Shown here one piece after another: positions 1 through 7,780 of a DNA stretch of 57,752 nucleotides. Where the stretch lies: contig CAZBPZ010000001.1 in the NCBI GenBank assembly GCA_964493955.1, positions 1 through 57,752 on the forward strand. Direction: 5' to 3'. Both the position numbers and the translations under genes were made by a program. How positions within the stretch are numbered: position 1 is the first letter of the stretch; each line of letters begins with the position of its first letter. The notes below the pieces were generated by a model. That model was not told where the DNA came from. It made no database searches and was given only the letters and a program-made list of their open reading frames with translations. Source of the DNA: an uncultured Dehalococcoidales bacterium. Its GTDB lineage: Bacteria > Chloroflexota > Dehalococcoidia > Dehalococcoidales > Fen-1064.

Positions 1-78
1 GAATCCTACCGAGCCCACTGCTTGCAAAAATTTAGCAAAAGTTAGCAGAGTAGCTAAAGGTACTATTGGGGGAGCCTG

Positions 79-666
79 GTGAGAGTTATCGACCATATCG
101 CTACTCTAAAGCTGTCGGATGAACAAGAAAAAGGGTACTTTAACGAACTGCGCTCCTTAGATTACCTCGCTAGGGGTCTTTGGTTTCTATGTGACCAGAT
201 CCAAAAAGTGGAAGCTGAGGTAGTTAATAGGGTGGGGAATGGCTATTGGAGCTTCGGTAATGCTCCAGAGATGCGAGGAATTGACCAGAACTTGGTGGCG
301 TGTGCTTTTCACTGGTATGCAGTGACGGTTTGCAACTATGTTAAAATGGTTGGCTGGTTAGCCAATTCTGGCGACTCGAATAGAGCCAGAGAATATATGG
401 AGTGCGTTTTGCCTCAGGTCTATCTATGGCGGCACAAGGTAGCTGCGCACTTCGCCATAATTGACCCCCGTAGAGATGACAGTGCTGCTGACCTTGCTAG
501 AAGCGTCATGTTCCCCATATTTTTTTGTGATGACGCTTTTTATGCTGGCTCATTACCTATAATTGGGAAATTGTACACTGGTCACCAAAACATGCGGTGG
601 AGCTTGACTCATACTCATCGTGACCTTATCCCAAGATATTGGCCAGAATGCTCGCCTAAAAAGTAA
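79..666 (+). CDS. hypothetical protein (orphan, in AT-rich cassette); possible HEPN-like RNase fold
   Basis: 195-aa ORF with a GTG start a few nt after GGGGGAG. No family recognised by eye. Contains WRHKVAAH, which fits the R-x(4-6)-H HEPN signature. Lies in a stretch visibly more AT-rich than the rest of the window. Confidence 0.5.
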   Translation: MRVIDHIATLKLSDEQEKGYFNELRSLDYLARGLWFLCDQIQKVEAEVVNRVGNGYWSFGNAPEMRGIDQNLVACAFHWYAVTVCNYVKMVGWLANSGDSNRAREYMECVLPQVYLWRHKVAAHFAIIDPRRDDSAADLARSVMFPIFFCDDAFYAGSLPIIGKLYTGHQNMRWSLTHTHRDLIPRYWPECSPKK

Positions 667-718
667 GACCAAAACGAGGCTGAAAGTTCTTTGTTCTATC
701 CACCGAAACCCTCTTTGA
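667..718 (+). repeat. cassette-boundary repeat, copy 1 (starts directly after stop of ORF 79-666)
   Basis: GACCAAAACGAGGCTGAAAGTTCTTTGTTCTATCCACCGAAACCCTCTTTGA. Shares GCTGAAAG...AGTTCTTTGTTCT...CC.GA.ACC.CT.TT with 1291-1350. Confidence 0.6.
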
Positions 719-766
719 TTGTTGTTGTCATTTGGATTAATTAAAAGCCTTCTGCTAGGAAATATC

Positions 767-1069
767 GTGAAAGTCGCTGTTACAGTAATTCTGGAGCCTG
801 AAGAAGACGGGGGTTACTCCGTTCACTGTCCGGCGCTCCCTGGCTGCTCAAGTCAGGGTGATACTCTGGAGGAGGCGTTAGCCAATATCCGGGAAGCCAT
901 ATCGGGTGTGCTAAAAGTCCGCCAGCGGGAAGGGAGCCCTCCACTAAAAGAAACGCCCGAAATAGTCACCGAAGAGATCCGCCAGATACTGGCCGGCCGC
1001 GCCGAGGACGGGTTGCCGCTTACCATAGAGACCAGGGTAGTCGAGTTACCGGCAGAGGTAGCTGTGTAA
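767..1069 (+). CDS. hicB: HicB-family antitoxin (UPF0150-like)
   Basis: VAVTVILEPEEDGGYSVHCPALPGCSSQGDTLEEALANIREAI is a typical HicB N-terminal domain. I prefer GTG 767 (AGGAAA 5 nt upstream) over the ORF-track start at 719. Stop overlaps the hicA ATG (TAATG). Confidence 0.8.
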   Translation: MKVAVTVILEPEEDGGYSVHCPALPGCSSQGDTLEEALANIREAISGVLKVRQREGSPPLKETPEIVTEEIRQILAGRAEDGLPLTIETRVVELPAEVAV

Positions 1070-1290
1070 TGCCCCGGTTACCTGCTATTTCCGGCAAGAA
1101 GGCAGTTGATGCCTTTGTGGAAGCAGGCTGGCGGGTAGCACGGAGAGAAGGAAGCCATATCATTTTAACCAAAGCAGGGATGCCGACTATTCTTTCCGTT
1201 CCTGACCACCGGGAAGTGAGAAGAGGTACGTTAAGAAGTCTCATCCGTAAGGCGGGGCTGAGCGTTGAAGAATTTACAGCACTACTATGA
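1069..1290 (+). CDS. hicA: HicA-family mRNA interferase toxin
   Basis: 73 aa. ISGKKAVDAFVEAGWRVARREGSHIILTK... is YcfA/HicA-like. Translationally coupled to hicB. Confidence 0.85.
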   Translation: MPRLPAISGKKAVDAFVEAGWRVARREGSHIILTKAGMPTILSVPDHREVRRGTLRSLIRKAGLSVEEFTALL

Positions 1291-1350
1291 GACTAAGCTG
1301 AAAGGCAGACTAGAAGTTCTTTGTTCTGTTCCCCTGACACCACTTTCTGA
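1291..1350 (+). repeat. cassette-boundary repeat, copy 2 (starts directly after hicA stop)
   Basis: GACTAAGCTGAAAGGCAGACTAGAAGTTCTTTGTTCTGTTCCCCTGACACCACTTTCTGA. Related to 667-718 with indels. Confidence 0.6.
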
Positions 1351-1387
1351 CCAGGGTAAGAGGAGCGCCACCTCGGGTGGCAGCCTG

Positions 1388-1416
1388 ATGACAGGTCGCG
1401 GCGGCTGGCGTACAAT
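1388..1416 (+). promoter_or_regulatory. sigma70-like promoter for GYD gene (ATGACA-N17-TACAAT)
   Basis: Hexamers at 1388-1393 and 1411-1416, 47 nt upstream of ATG 1463 (SD GGGAGG). Confidence 0.4.
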
Positions 1417-1462
1417 GTGGTGACATTGCAGGTTTTAGACCCGGCGAACGGGAGGTAGCGAT

Positions 1463-1768
1463 ATGGCATATTACATAATGTTAACCAAGCTTACCAGCGA
1501 AGGGCGGAAGACCATCCTCAAGAACCCGGGCCGCATCAAGGAGGTAAACCAGGAAGTGGAGGCCATGGGGGCAAAGATTGTGGCCCAGTACTCGCTGCTC
1601 GGCCCCTACGACTTCCTGAACATTCTGGAGGCCTCCAGCAACGAGACGGTAGCCAGGGTGTCCTCGGCCCTGGGCGCCAGGGGGACTCTCGAGCCCCTGA
1701 CGATGGCTGCCATGGAGATGGACAAGTTCATCCGTGAGCTGGAGACCGCCAGGATTATCAAGGACTGA
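1463..1768 (+). CDS. GYD domain-containing protein
   Basis: 101 aa. MAYYIMLTKLTSEGRKTILKNPGRIKEV...LLGPYDFLNILEA matches the GYD family pattern. Confidence 0.75.
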   Translation: MAYYIMLTKLTSEGRKTILKNPGRIKEVNQEVEAMGAKIVAQYSLLGPYDFLNILEASSNETVARVSSALGARGTLEPLTMAAMEMDKFIRELETARIIKD

Positions 1769-1909
1769 CCACGGCTCACGCTGGCCCTGTGCCGGCGGGA
1801 ACGGAGAGCGGCTTACGGTGGTGGGGGTCTCTTTTGCAAAGGGGCCACGTCACCGGCGCCCTGCGGCCTTAATTGTGAAGGCTTGTCTTGACAGTGTGGC
1901 CAAGGCTGT

Positions 1910-2143
1910 TCAGAGCAGGCCCTGCACGAGCGTGGAGGTGTCCTGGACCCCCTGAATGGCGCGGACCTCGGATACCACCAGGCGCAGCAGGTCATGGATA
2001 TTGTCCGCTTCCGCTACAGCAACTGCGTCCCACTGGCCGAAGACCACGTTTACATCCGCCACTCCGCTGGTGGCGCGAATGCGCGATAGCGCCTCGGCCT
2101 CAAGTCCGGGCAGCAGTTTGATGAGCAGGTAACACTTCACCAT
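1910..2143 (-). CDS. stand-alone Lrp/AsnC ligand-binding (RAM) domain protein
   Basis: 77 aa starting at the internal ATG (MVKCYLLIKLLPGLEAEALSRIRATSGVADVNVVFGQWDAVAVAEADN...), with AGAGGGGGG SD upstream. The longer 129-aa ORF start has no support. Confidence 0.65.
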   Translation of the reverse strand: MVKCYLLIKLLPGLEAEALSRIRATSGVADVNVVFGQWDAVAVAEADNIHDLLRLVVSEVRAIQGVQDTSTLVQGLL

Positions 2144-2180
2144 CGGCAGCGGCCCCCCTCTTGGTTTCCTGTGGTACCTC

Positions 2181-2209
2181 GTTATAGCGGCTACGGCATT
2201 ATCTGTCAA
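2181..2209 (-). promoter_or_regulatory. sigma70-like promoter (TTGACA-N17-TATAAC) for the RAM-domain gene
   Basis: Reverse complement of 2204-2209 is TTGACA and of 2181-2186 is TATAAC, about 30 nt upstream of the ATG at 2143. Confidence 0.5.
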
Positions 2210-2657
2210 CAGGTGGGGAGAACAGGGCAGTCGGGCAACATGACATAAAATACCTCCGTGCGTTTCGGGTCTGCCAGGGCTCCGGCGGGCATTGGCCAAG
2301 GACGTGGGCCAGTTGAGGGTGCTGGCTTAGGATGATGCGGACAAACCTGGGCCTGCGGTACTAACTCACCACCCTCTAAGAGGCGCAGTAGTTATGTAAT
2401 CTATCTTTTCGGGCAAGGGTGGGTGCTTTCTGCTCTTACCCTACATAACACATATAGTGCGCCCCTATATCTTGCCCATCCCCTGCCGCCGTTTCCCCGG
2501 TGCTCTGGTGCTACCGGCCTTGCCGTGGCCCGGCGCTTCCTGGCAAGGGAAGACAGGCCGGCCTGCACAGGCCTGCCCGGGGGTCGGGTCTCTGTCCTGG
2601 CCGCTGCCCTTCCAGAGCGCAAAGAAAGATGTTCTGCCGGACGGGTAACTTTACCCC

Positions 2658-3803
2658 TCAGCCCGCCACGAGCTCCTCAATACGCTGGCAGAGGTGCCGC
2701 AGGCCCCAGCCCCGGCTGGCCGAGATAAGGACGGCGTCAACCTGCTCGGGGGCGGTTGAGGCTGCCACAAACCGGATGGCCTCTTTTTCTGTCCAGGGGT
2801 GGGCCGGGTCCAGGAGGAGGTCAATCTTGTTAAGGACAGTGAGGCGTGGCTTACGCTCAAGGTTAAGCTGGCGCAGGATGGCTTCGACAGTGGTACATTC
2901 TTCTGCTGCATTATGTGAAGTAAGGTCGACCAGGTGCAGCAGGAGGCTGGCTTCCTGGAGCTCTTCCAGGGTGGCCCGGAAGGCCGAGATAATGGTGGGC
3001 GGTAGCTTGCGGATGAAGCCCACCGTGTCGCTCAGCAGTACGGTGGTCCGCCCTGGCAGCACGACTCGCCGGGTGGTGGGGTCCAGGGTGCTGAAAAGGC
3101 GGTCTTCACTGAGCACACCGGCCCCGCTCAGGGCGTTCAGCAGGGTGCTCTTGCCGGCGTTGGTGTACCCTACCAGGGCCACCTGCGGGATGCCGCTGCG
3201 GCGGCGGTGCTGACGGTACAGCTCGCGCTGGCGGCGCACCTTCTCGAGCCGCTGCTGCAACTGGTGAATGCGGCGCTGGATGAGGCGGCGGTCTGTCTCC
3301 AGCTGCGATTCCCCTGGCCCACGGGTGCCGATGCCGCCCCCCAGCCGCTCAAGGTGGCTCCACTGGCCTGCCAGTCTCGGGGCCAGGTACTGGTGCTGGG
3401 CCAGTTCTACCTGGAGCTGGCCCTCACGGGTGTGCGCCCGCCGGCCGAACACGTCCAGAATCAGGGCCACCCGGTCGATGACCTTCACCTTCAGGGCGTT
3501 TTCCAGGTTGCGCTGCTGCAGGGGCGATAGCTCGTCGTCGAAGATGACAACGTCGTAACCGGTGACCTCTCTCATGGCCAGAAGCTCTTCGAGCTTGCCG
3601 GTCCCGATGTAGAGCCCTCTGGTAGGGGCTGGCAGGACCTGCACCATCCGCCCCACTACCTCAACCCCGACACTGGCAGCCAGGCGGGCAAGCTCGTCGA
3701 GCGAGTCCTGCGGGGTGAAGGTATCGGCCGAGCCCCGGCGTGACACCGCTACCAGGAAGGCCCGCTCGGTGCGCTCTATGGTGGCTACCGTGCTCCTCGG
3801 AAT
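2658..3803 (-). CDS. hflX: GTPase HflX
   Basis: HflX N-domain plus G-domain (GYTNAGKSTLLNAL, DTVGF, NKID). The ORF track starts at GTG 3746, but the conserved N-terminal strand ERAFLVAV lies in frame upstream of it. The only supported initiator is ATT 3803-3801, 6 nt after GAGGAGG. Confidence 0.85.
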   Translation of the reverse strand: MPRSTVATIERTERAFLVAVSRRGSADTFTPQDSLDELARLAASVGVEVVGRMVQVLPAPTRGLYIGTGKLEELLAMREVTGYDVVIFDDELSPLQQRNLENALKVKVIDRVALILDVFGRRAHTREGQLQVELAQHQYLAPRLAGQWSHLERLGGGIGTRGPGESQLETDRRLIQRRIHQLQQRLEKVRRQRELYRQHRRRSGIPQVALVGYTNAGKSTLLNALSGAGVLSEDRLFSTLDPTTRRVVLPGRTTVLLSDTVGFIRKLPPTIISAFRATLEELQEASLLLHLVDLTSHNAAEECTTVEAILRQLNLERKPRLTVLNKIDLLLDPAHPWTEKEAIRFVAASTAPEQVDAVLISASRGWGLRHLCQRIEELVAG

Positions 3804-3826
3804 AGCAGACCTCCTCGGTGCTGCAA

Positions 3827-5014
3827 CTAGCGCTTGCGTTTGAACCTGTTCCGGCCGTCCTGCCAGCTTGCCAGGCGGGAGAGGCCCTTTACCAGGCTGG
3901 CATCAGGCAGCGTCAGCGACAGTCGTACGTAGCCTTCCCCGTGCGGTCCGTAGCCAGTGCCGGGGGTAACAACCACGCCTACCTGGTCCAGCAGGTCGGT
4001 AGCGAACTCGGCGGAGGTGTAACCGGGGGGCACCCTGGCCCAGACGTAGAGGCTGGCACGGGGAGGTGTCACCTCCAGCCCCATCTTCAGTAATGTCTCC
4101 ACCACCAGGTCGCGGCGGCGCTGGTAGATGTTGTTGTGCTCGGCGACGCAGTCCTGCGGGCCCTCGAGAGCGGCAATGGCTGCCAGCTGGATGGCCTGGG
4201 GTATACCGGAGTCAAGGTTGGACTTGAGCCGCCGCAGGGCGTCTATCATGGTGGCGTTACCCACCACCATGCCGATGCGCCAGCCCGTCATGTTATAGCT
4301 CTTGGAAAGGGAATGGAACTCCACCCCGACATCCCGTGCCCCCTCGGCCTGCAGGAAGCTGGGGGGCCGGTAACCGTCGTAGGCTACCTCGGAGTACGGT
4401 CCGTCGTGGCAGATGACCAGCCCGTGGCGCTGGGCGAACTCCACCGCCTGGCGGAAGAAGCCCAGGTCGGCCACGGCGCTGGTCGGGTTATTGGGATAGT
4501 TGAGCCACATCAAGGTGGCCTTCCGCAGTACATCGGCCGGTACCTTCTCCAGCCTGGGCAGGAAACCGTTCTGGCGGAGCAGGGGCAGGTAGTACGGTTC
4601 GCCGCCGGCCAGCGCGGTGCTTACCGAATAGACCGGGTAGCCCGGGTCCGGCACCAGGGCAATGTCCCCGGGCTCAATGAAACAGAATGCCATGTGGCCG
4701 ATGCCCTCTTTGGAGCCGATGAGCGGCAGCACCTCCCGCTCCGGGTCCAGTTCAACGCCGAAGCGCCTTTCGTACCAGATGGCGATAGCACGCCGCAGCT
4801 CGGGCAGGCCCTCCGACTCCGGGTAGCGGTGGTTCTCCGGGGCACGGGCCGCCTCGCAGAGCCGGTCGATGACGTGTTCGGGGGTGGGGATATCCGGGTC
4901 ACCGATGCCGAAACTGACAACGTCCTCCCCCCGGGCACGCTTCTCGGCAATCTTGCGGCTTATCTCAACGAAGAGATACGGTGGCAGGTTTTCAACCCTT
5001 CGGGCAATTTTCAT
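3827..5014 (-). CDS. dapL: LL-diaminopimelate aminotransferase (DapL-type, class I aminotransferase)
   Basis: [45 protein letters not shown] and [14 protein letters not shown]. Lies directly downstream of dapF. Confidence 0.75.
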   Translation of the reverse strand: MKIARRVENLPPYLFVEISRKIAEKRARGEDVVSFGIGDPDIPTPEHVIDRLCEAARAPENHRYPESEGLPELRRAIAIWYERRFGVELDPEREVLPLIGSKEGIGHMAFCFIEPGDIALVPDPGYPVYSVSTALAGGEPYYLPLLRQNGFLPRLEKVPADVLRKATLMWLNYPNNPTSAVADLGFFRQAVEFAQRHGLVICHDGPYSEVAYDGYRPPSFLQAEGARDVGVEFHSLSKSYNMTGWRIGMVVGNATMIDALRRLKSNLDSGIPQAIQLAAIAALEGPQDCVAEHNNIYQRRRDLVVETLLKMGLEVTPPRASLYVWARVPPGYTSAEFATDLLDQVGVVVTPGTGYGPHGEGYVRLSLTLPDASLVKGLSRLASWQDGRNRFKRKR

Positions 5015-5032
5015 GGCAGACGTGTCCTTTAC

Positions 5033-5911
5033 TCACGCATTGGTGGCCGGGCCGAGAGGCCAGTCACCGGTGAAGACGGTCTCCGCCGGGCCGCTGAGAA
5101 AGACCTCCCCGGTGCCGTCCCACGTCACGTGCAGGACTCCACCCGGCAGGCGGACATCTACTTCCTGACCGAGGTGTCCCAGCAACTGCCCCGCCACGGC
5201 GATGGCACAGGCCCCGCTACCACAGGCCAGCGTCTCCCCTACCCCGCGTTCCCACACCCGGGCCTGCACCAGCGCCGGGCTGAGAACGTTCACAATCTCG
5301 AAGTTGGTGTCCTCCCGGAAAAGCCCGTGGTGCTCCACCAGCGGGCCGAGCTGCAGCAGCGGGTAGGTGGTCACCGGCTCCTGCAGAAAGAGGACGGCAT
5401 GCGGGTTGCCGACCGAGACAGCGTGGAGATTGAGGGTGCGGTCGGCAACCGTTATGCTCACGCCGGTGATTTGTGTTATGTCAACTTTCTTCCACTCCTG
5501 GCGTGGCGGCACCGGCCTCAGGTCGAGCCCGAGGCTTGGCACACCCATGCCGGTATGAATCTGGGCCTCGTTGCCGTTGCGGTGGCGTATCCGGGCATGC
5601 CGGATGCCGGCCACGGTCTCCACCGTCACGTCGTCCAGTGAGGCCCCACCGTTGCTGCGGCTGTCGAGGTAGTGCTTGACCAGGCAGCGCAGCCCGTTAC
5701 CGCAGGCGGACGATTCAGAACCATCGGCGTTGAAGATTCGCATGCGGAAGCTGGCCCGGTCCGAGGGCTGCATCAGCAGCAGCCCGTCAGCCCCTACTCC
5801 GTAGTGACGGTCGCACATCGCCACTGCCAGGGCGGCCCAGTCCTGCGAGTCGTCGCTGGCTTCGACCAGCACAAAGTCGTTGCCAGCCCCGTGCATCTTG
5901 GTAAACCTCAT
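5033..5911 (-). CDS. dapF: diaminopimelate epimerase
   Basis: MRFTKMHGAGNDFVLV..., the two catalytic-Cys contexts (SACGNG, LACGSGA), and a typical length. Confidence 0.9.
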   Translation of the reverse strand: MRFTKMHGAGNDFVLVEASDDSQDWAALAVAMCDRHYGVGADGLLLMQPSDRASFRMRIFNADGSESSACGNGLRCLVKHYLDSRSNGGASLDDVTVETVAGIRHARIRHRNGNEAQIHTGMGVPSLGLDLRPVPPRQEWKKVDITQITGVSITVADRTLNLHAVSVGNPHAVLFLQEPVTTYPLLQLGPLVEHHGLFREDTNFEIVNVLSPALVQARVWERGVGETLACGSGACAIAVAGQLLGHLGQEVDVRLPGGVLHVTWDGTGEVFLSGPAETVFTGDWPLGPATNA

Positions 5912-5938
5912 CCCTGCCTCAGCTCCTGCCCCGCGGTG

Positions 5939-7765
5939 CTACTTCCAGAGGTCAGCCGCCACGTCGGCCAGGCCAAGGGCCTCCAGCTTGGCCTTGGTCG
6001 GCCGGCCCGTCTCCCAGTCCCACTGGCGGTAGTCGTAATACTCCTTCAGCAGTGTGTCCATGTCGGGGCCGCGGCCGGCGGTGCTGCCTTCTTTGAGGGG
6101 GGTCACGCTGACCCGTGGCATGCGGTCATGCTGGCGCGTGACTCCCAGCTTGTTGCTGATGGCCCGCTTGATGTTGATGGAGCGCTCACCGGCGGTGTGC
6201 AGGTCTCCCGTGGTAAAGCCCCAGCCGGTGACGGCATTGAGGAAGTCGGTGAGCTGGGTGGGGGTCAGGTTGGAGAACTTGCAGACCAGCAGCGAATCAA
6301 ACAGGTCCTTGAAGTCCTGGAAGCGGGCCGCCATCGGGGCCTTGCCCTGCGACTGAAAGCGGTCGCCTGGCTGGATGTCCAGCTCCGGGATGCGGGTGCC
6401 GAGGTCAACCAGGTAGTAATCACCGCGCAGGTGGCAGGCCCCGCGCGAGCCGGTGGCGTAGCTGATGGCCAGGCCGGTGGTGGAGCGCGGGTCGTGCATC
6501 GGGATTTCAAGCCCCTTCACCACGGCGCAGTCCTCCGGGTCGGCCCCGAGCTCCTGGCAGACGCCGAGAGCGCCTCTTGCCAGCAGGTCACCAATCCCTT
6601 CACGCCTGGCAATCATCTCCACCAGGCGCACGATTGTTGCCCCATCACCCCACCTGATTTCCATCCCGGCCCGCTCTTTTGTCAGCACGCCCTGCTCGTA
6701 GAGGAACATGGCGTAGGCAATGGTAACCCCGGCCGAAATAGTATCTATGCCGTGGACATTGCAGAGGTGGTTGGCCATGACAATTGAGTCCAGGTCATAG
6801 TTCCGGCACAGCGGCCCGAAGGCAGCGGCTGTCTCGTACTCCGGCCCGTCAATGCTGGGTAGCTCCGGCCTGAAGTCGCGCAGGAGGCGTCCGCAGGCCG
6901 TGGGGCACCCGTAGCAGGCCACCGCCTCGATGGGATAGGCCTGCCGGAAGGCCGGCCCGCTGACCTTCCCGGCCGGGAAAATCCCGCGCCGGAAGTAGTC
7001 GGACGGCACGTCGCCCAGGACATGGCCGGTCTCCATGTAGCCCAGGGTGCCGTACTCCATCATCTGGGCGCGGCGGGCCCGCATCTGGGCGCGCGCCTCA
7101 CGGGCGAGCTCGCGCAGTCTGTCAGCCTCGGCCACCGGGGCCTGCTGGCTGCCGTCCACCGCCACCGCCTTGAGGTTCTTGGAGCCCATCAGGGCACCCA
7201 TCCCGGTACGCCCTGCCGCCCGTCCGGCATCATTCATGATGCCGGCAAAACGTACCAGTCTCTCACCGCCCAGGCCAATGCAGGAGATACTCAGGCCGCG
7301 GCCGCCGATTTCCTGCTTGAGGATGGTCTGGGTCTCGTAGCTGTCCTTGCCCCAGAGGTGGGCGGCGTCCCTTATCTCGGCGGTGCCGTTGTTCACGTAG
7401 AGGTAGACCGGCCTATCCGCCTTGCCGGTGATGAAGATGCCGTCGTAGCCGGTGGCCTTGAGGCGGAAGGGAAAGACCCCGCCGGTGGTAGCCTCGCCCC
7501 AGAAGCCGGTCTGGGGTGAGATGCCACAGACCGAGCTGCGGCTGGCCATGGGGATGGTGGTACCCACGAACGGTCCGGCGGCGAAGACGAGCGGGTTGTC
7601 AGGGCCGAGCGGGTCCATCCCGCTGCGGGCGTGCCCATAGATGAGGTGAGCACTCAGGCCGGCCCCGCCGATGAAATCACGTGCTTGCTGTTCGGTAAGA
7701 GGTAGTTCACCCGTCTGGCGGGTGCTCAGGTCAACTGTCAGGAACTTTCCGTAGTATCCGTTCAT
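5939..7765 (-). CDS. aldehyde:ferredoxin oxidoreductase family protein (tungstopterin enzyme), canonical
   Basis: N-terminal AOR domain (GKFLTVDLS...GGAGLSAHLIY), CYGCPTAC (CxxCxxxC), GPEYET, and RGACHLRGD distal Cys. Confidence 0.9.
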   Translation of the reverse strand: MNGYYGKFLTVDLSTRQTGELPLTEQQARDFIGGAGLSAHLIYGHARSGMDPLGPDNPLVFAAGPFVGTTIPMASRSSVCGISPQTGFWGEATTGGVFPFRLKATGYDGIFITGKADRPVYLYVNNGTAEIRDAAHLWGKDSYETQTILKQEIGGRGLSISCIGLGGERLVRFAGIMNDAGRAAGRTGMGALMGSKNLKAVAVDGSQQAPVAEADRLRELAREARAQMRARRAQMMEYGTLGYMETGHVLGDVPSDYFRRGIFPAGKVSGPAFRQAYPIEAVACYGCPTACGRLLRDFRPELPSIDGPEYETAAAFGPLCRNYDLDSIVMANHLCNVHGIDTISAGVTIAYAMFLYEQGVLTKERAGMEIRWGDGATIVRLVEMIARREGIGDLLARGALGVCQELGADPEDCAVVKGLEIPMHDPRSTTGLAISYATGSRGACHLRGDYYLVDLGTRIPELDIQPGDRFQSQGKAPMAARFQDFKDLFDSLLVCKFSNLTPTQLTDFLNAVTGWGFTTGDLHTAGERSINIKRAISNKLGVTRQHDRMPRVSVTPLKEGSTAGRGPDMDTLLKEYYDYRQWDWETGRPTKAKLEALGLADVAADLWK

Positions 7766-7780
7766 TACTCTGGCCGCCTC

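Noticed and set aside
667-718. Canonical integron attC site
   Set aside because: No RYYYAAC / GTTRRRY core pair and no convincing imperfect inverted-repeat hairpin across the element. It is therefore reported only as cassette-like repeats.
2144-2657. Possible SRP RNA, RNase P RNA or tmRNA in the long gap
   Set aside because: I looked on both strands for hallmark motifs: the SRP domain IV GGAA tetraloop with flanking AGCA, RNase [16 protein letters not shown] and ACAGAAnCCGGCUUA, and tmRNA tag or TTCGA-type ends. Only a loose CUGGAAGGGCAGCGG resemblance to SRP was seen on the minus strand (about 2598-2616), without the 5' partner. That is not enough to call any of them. The region is kept as an unassigned structured region in the findings.
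4136-5641. 501-aa ORF on the plus strand
   Set aside because: It is antisense to dapL and dapF, both unambiguous.
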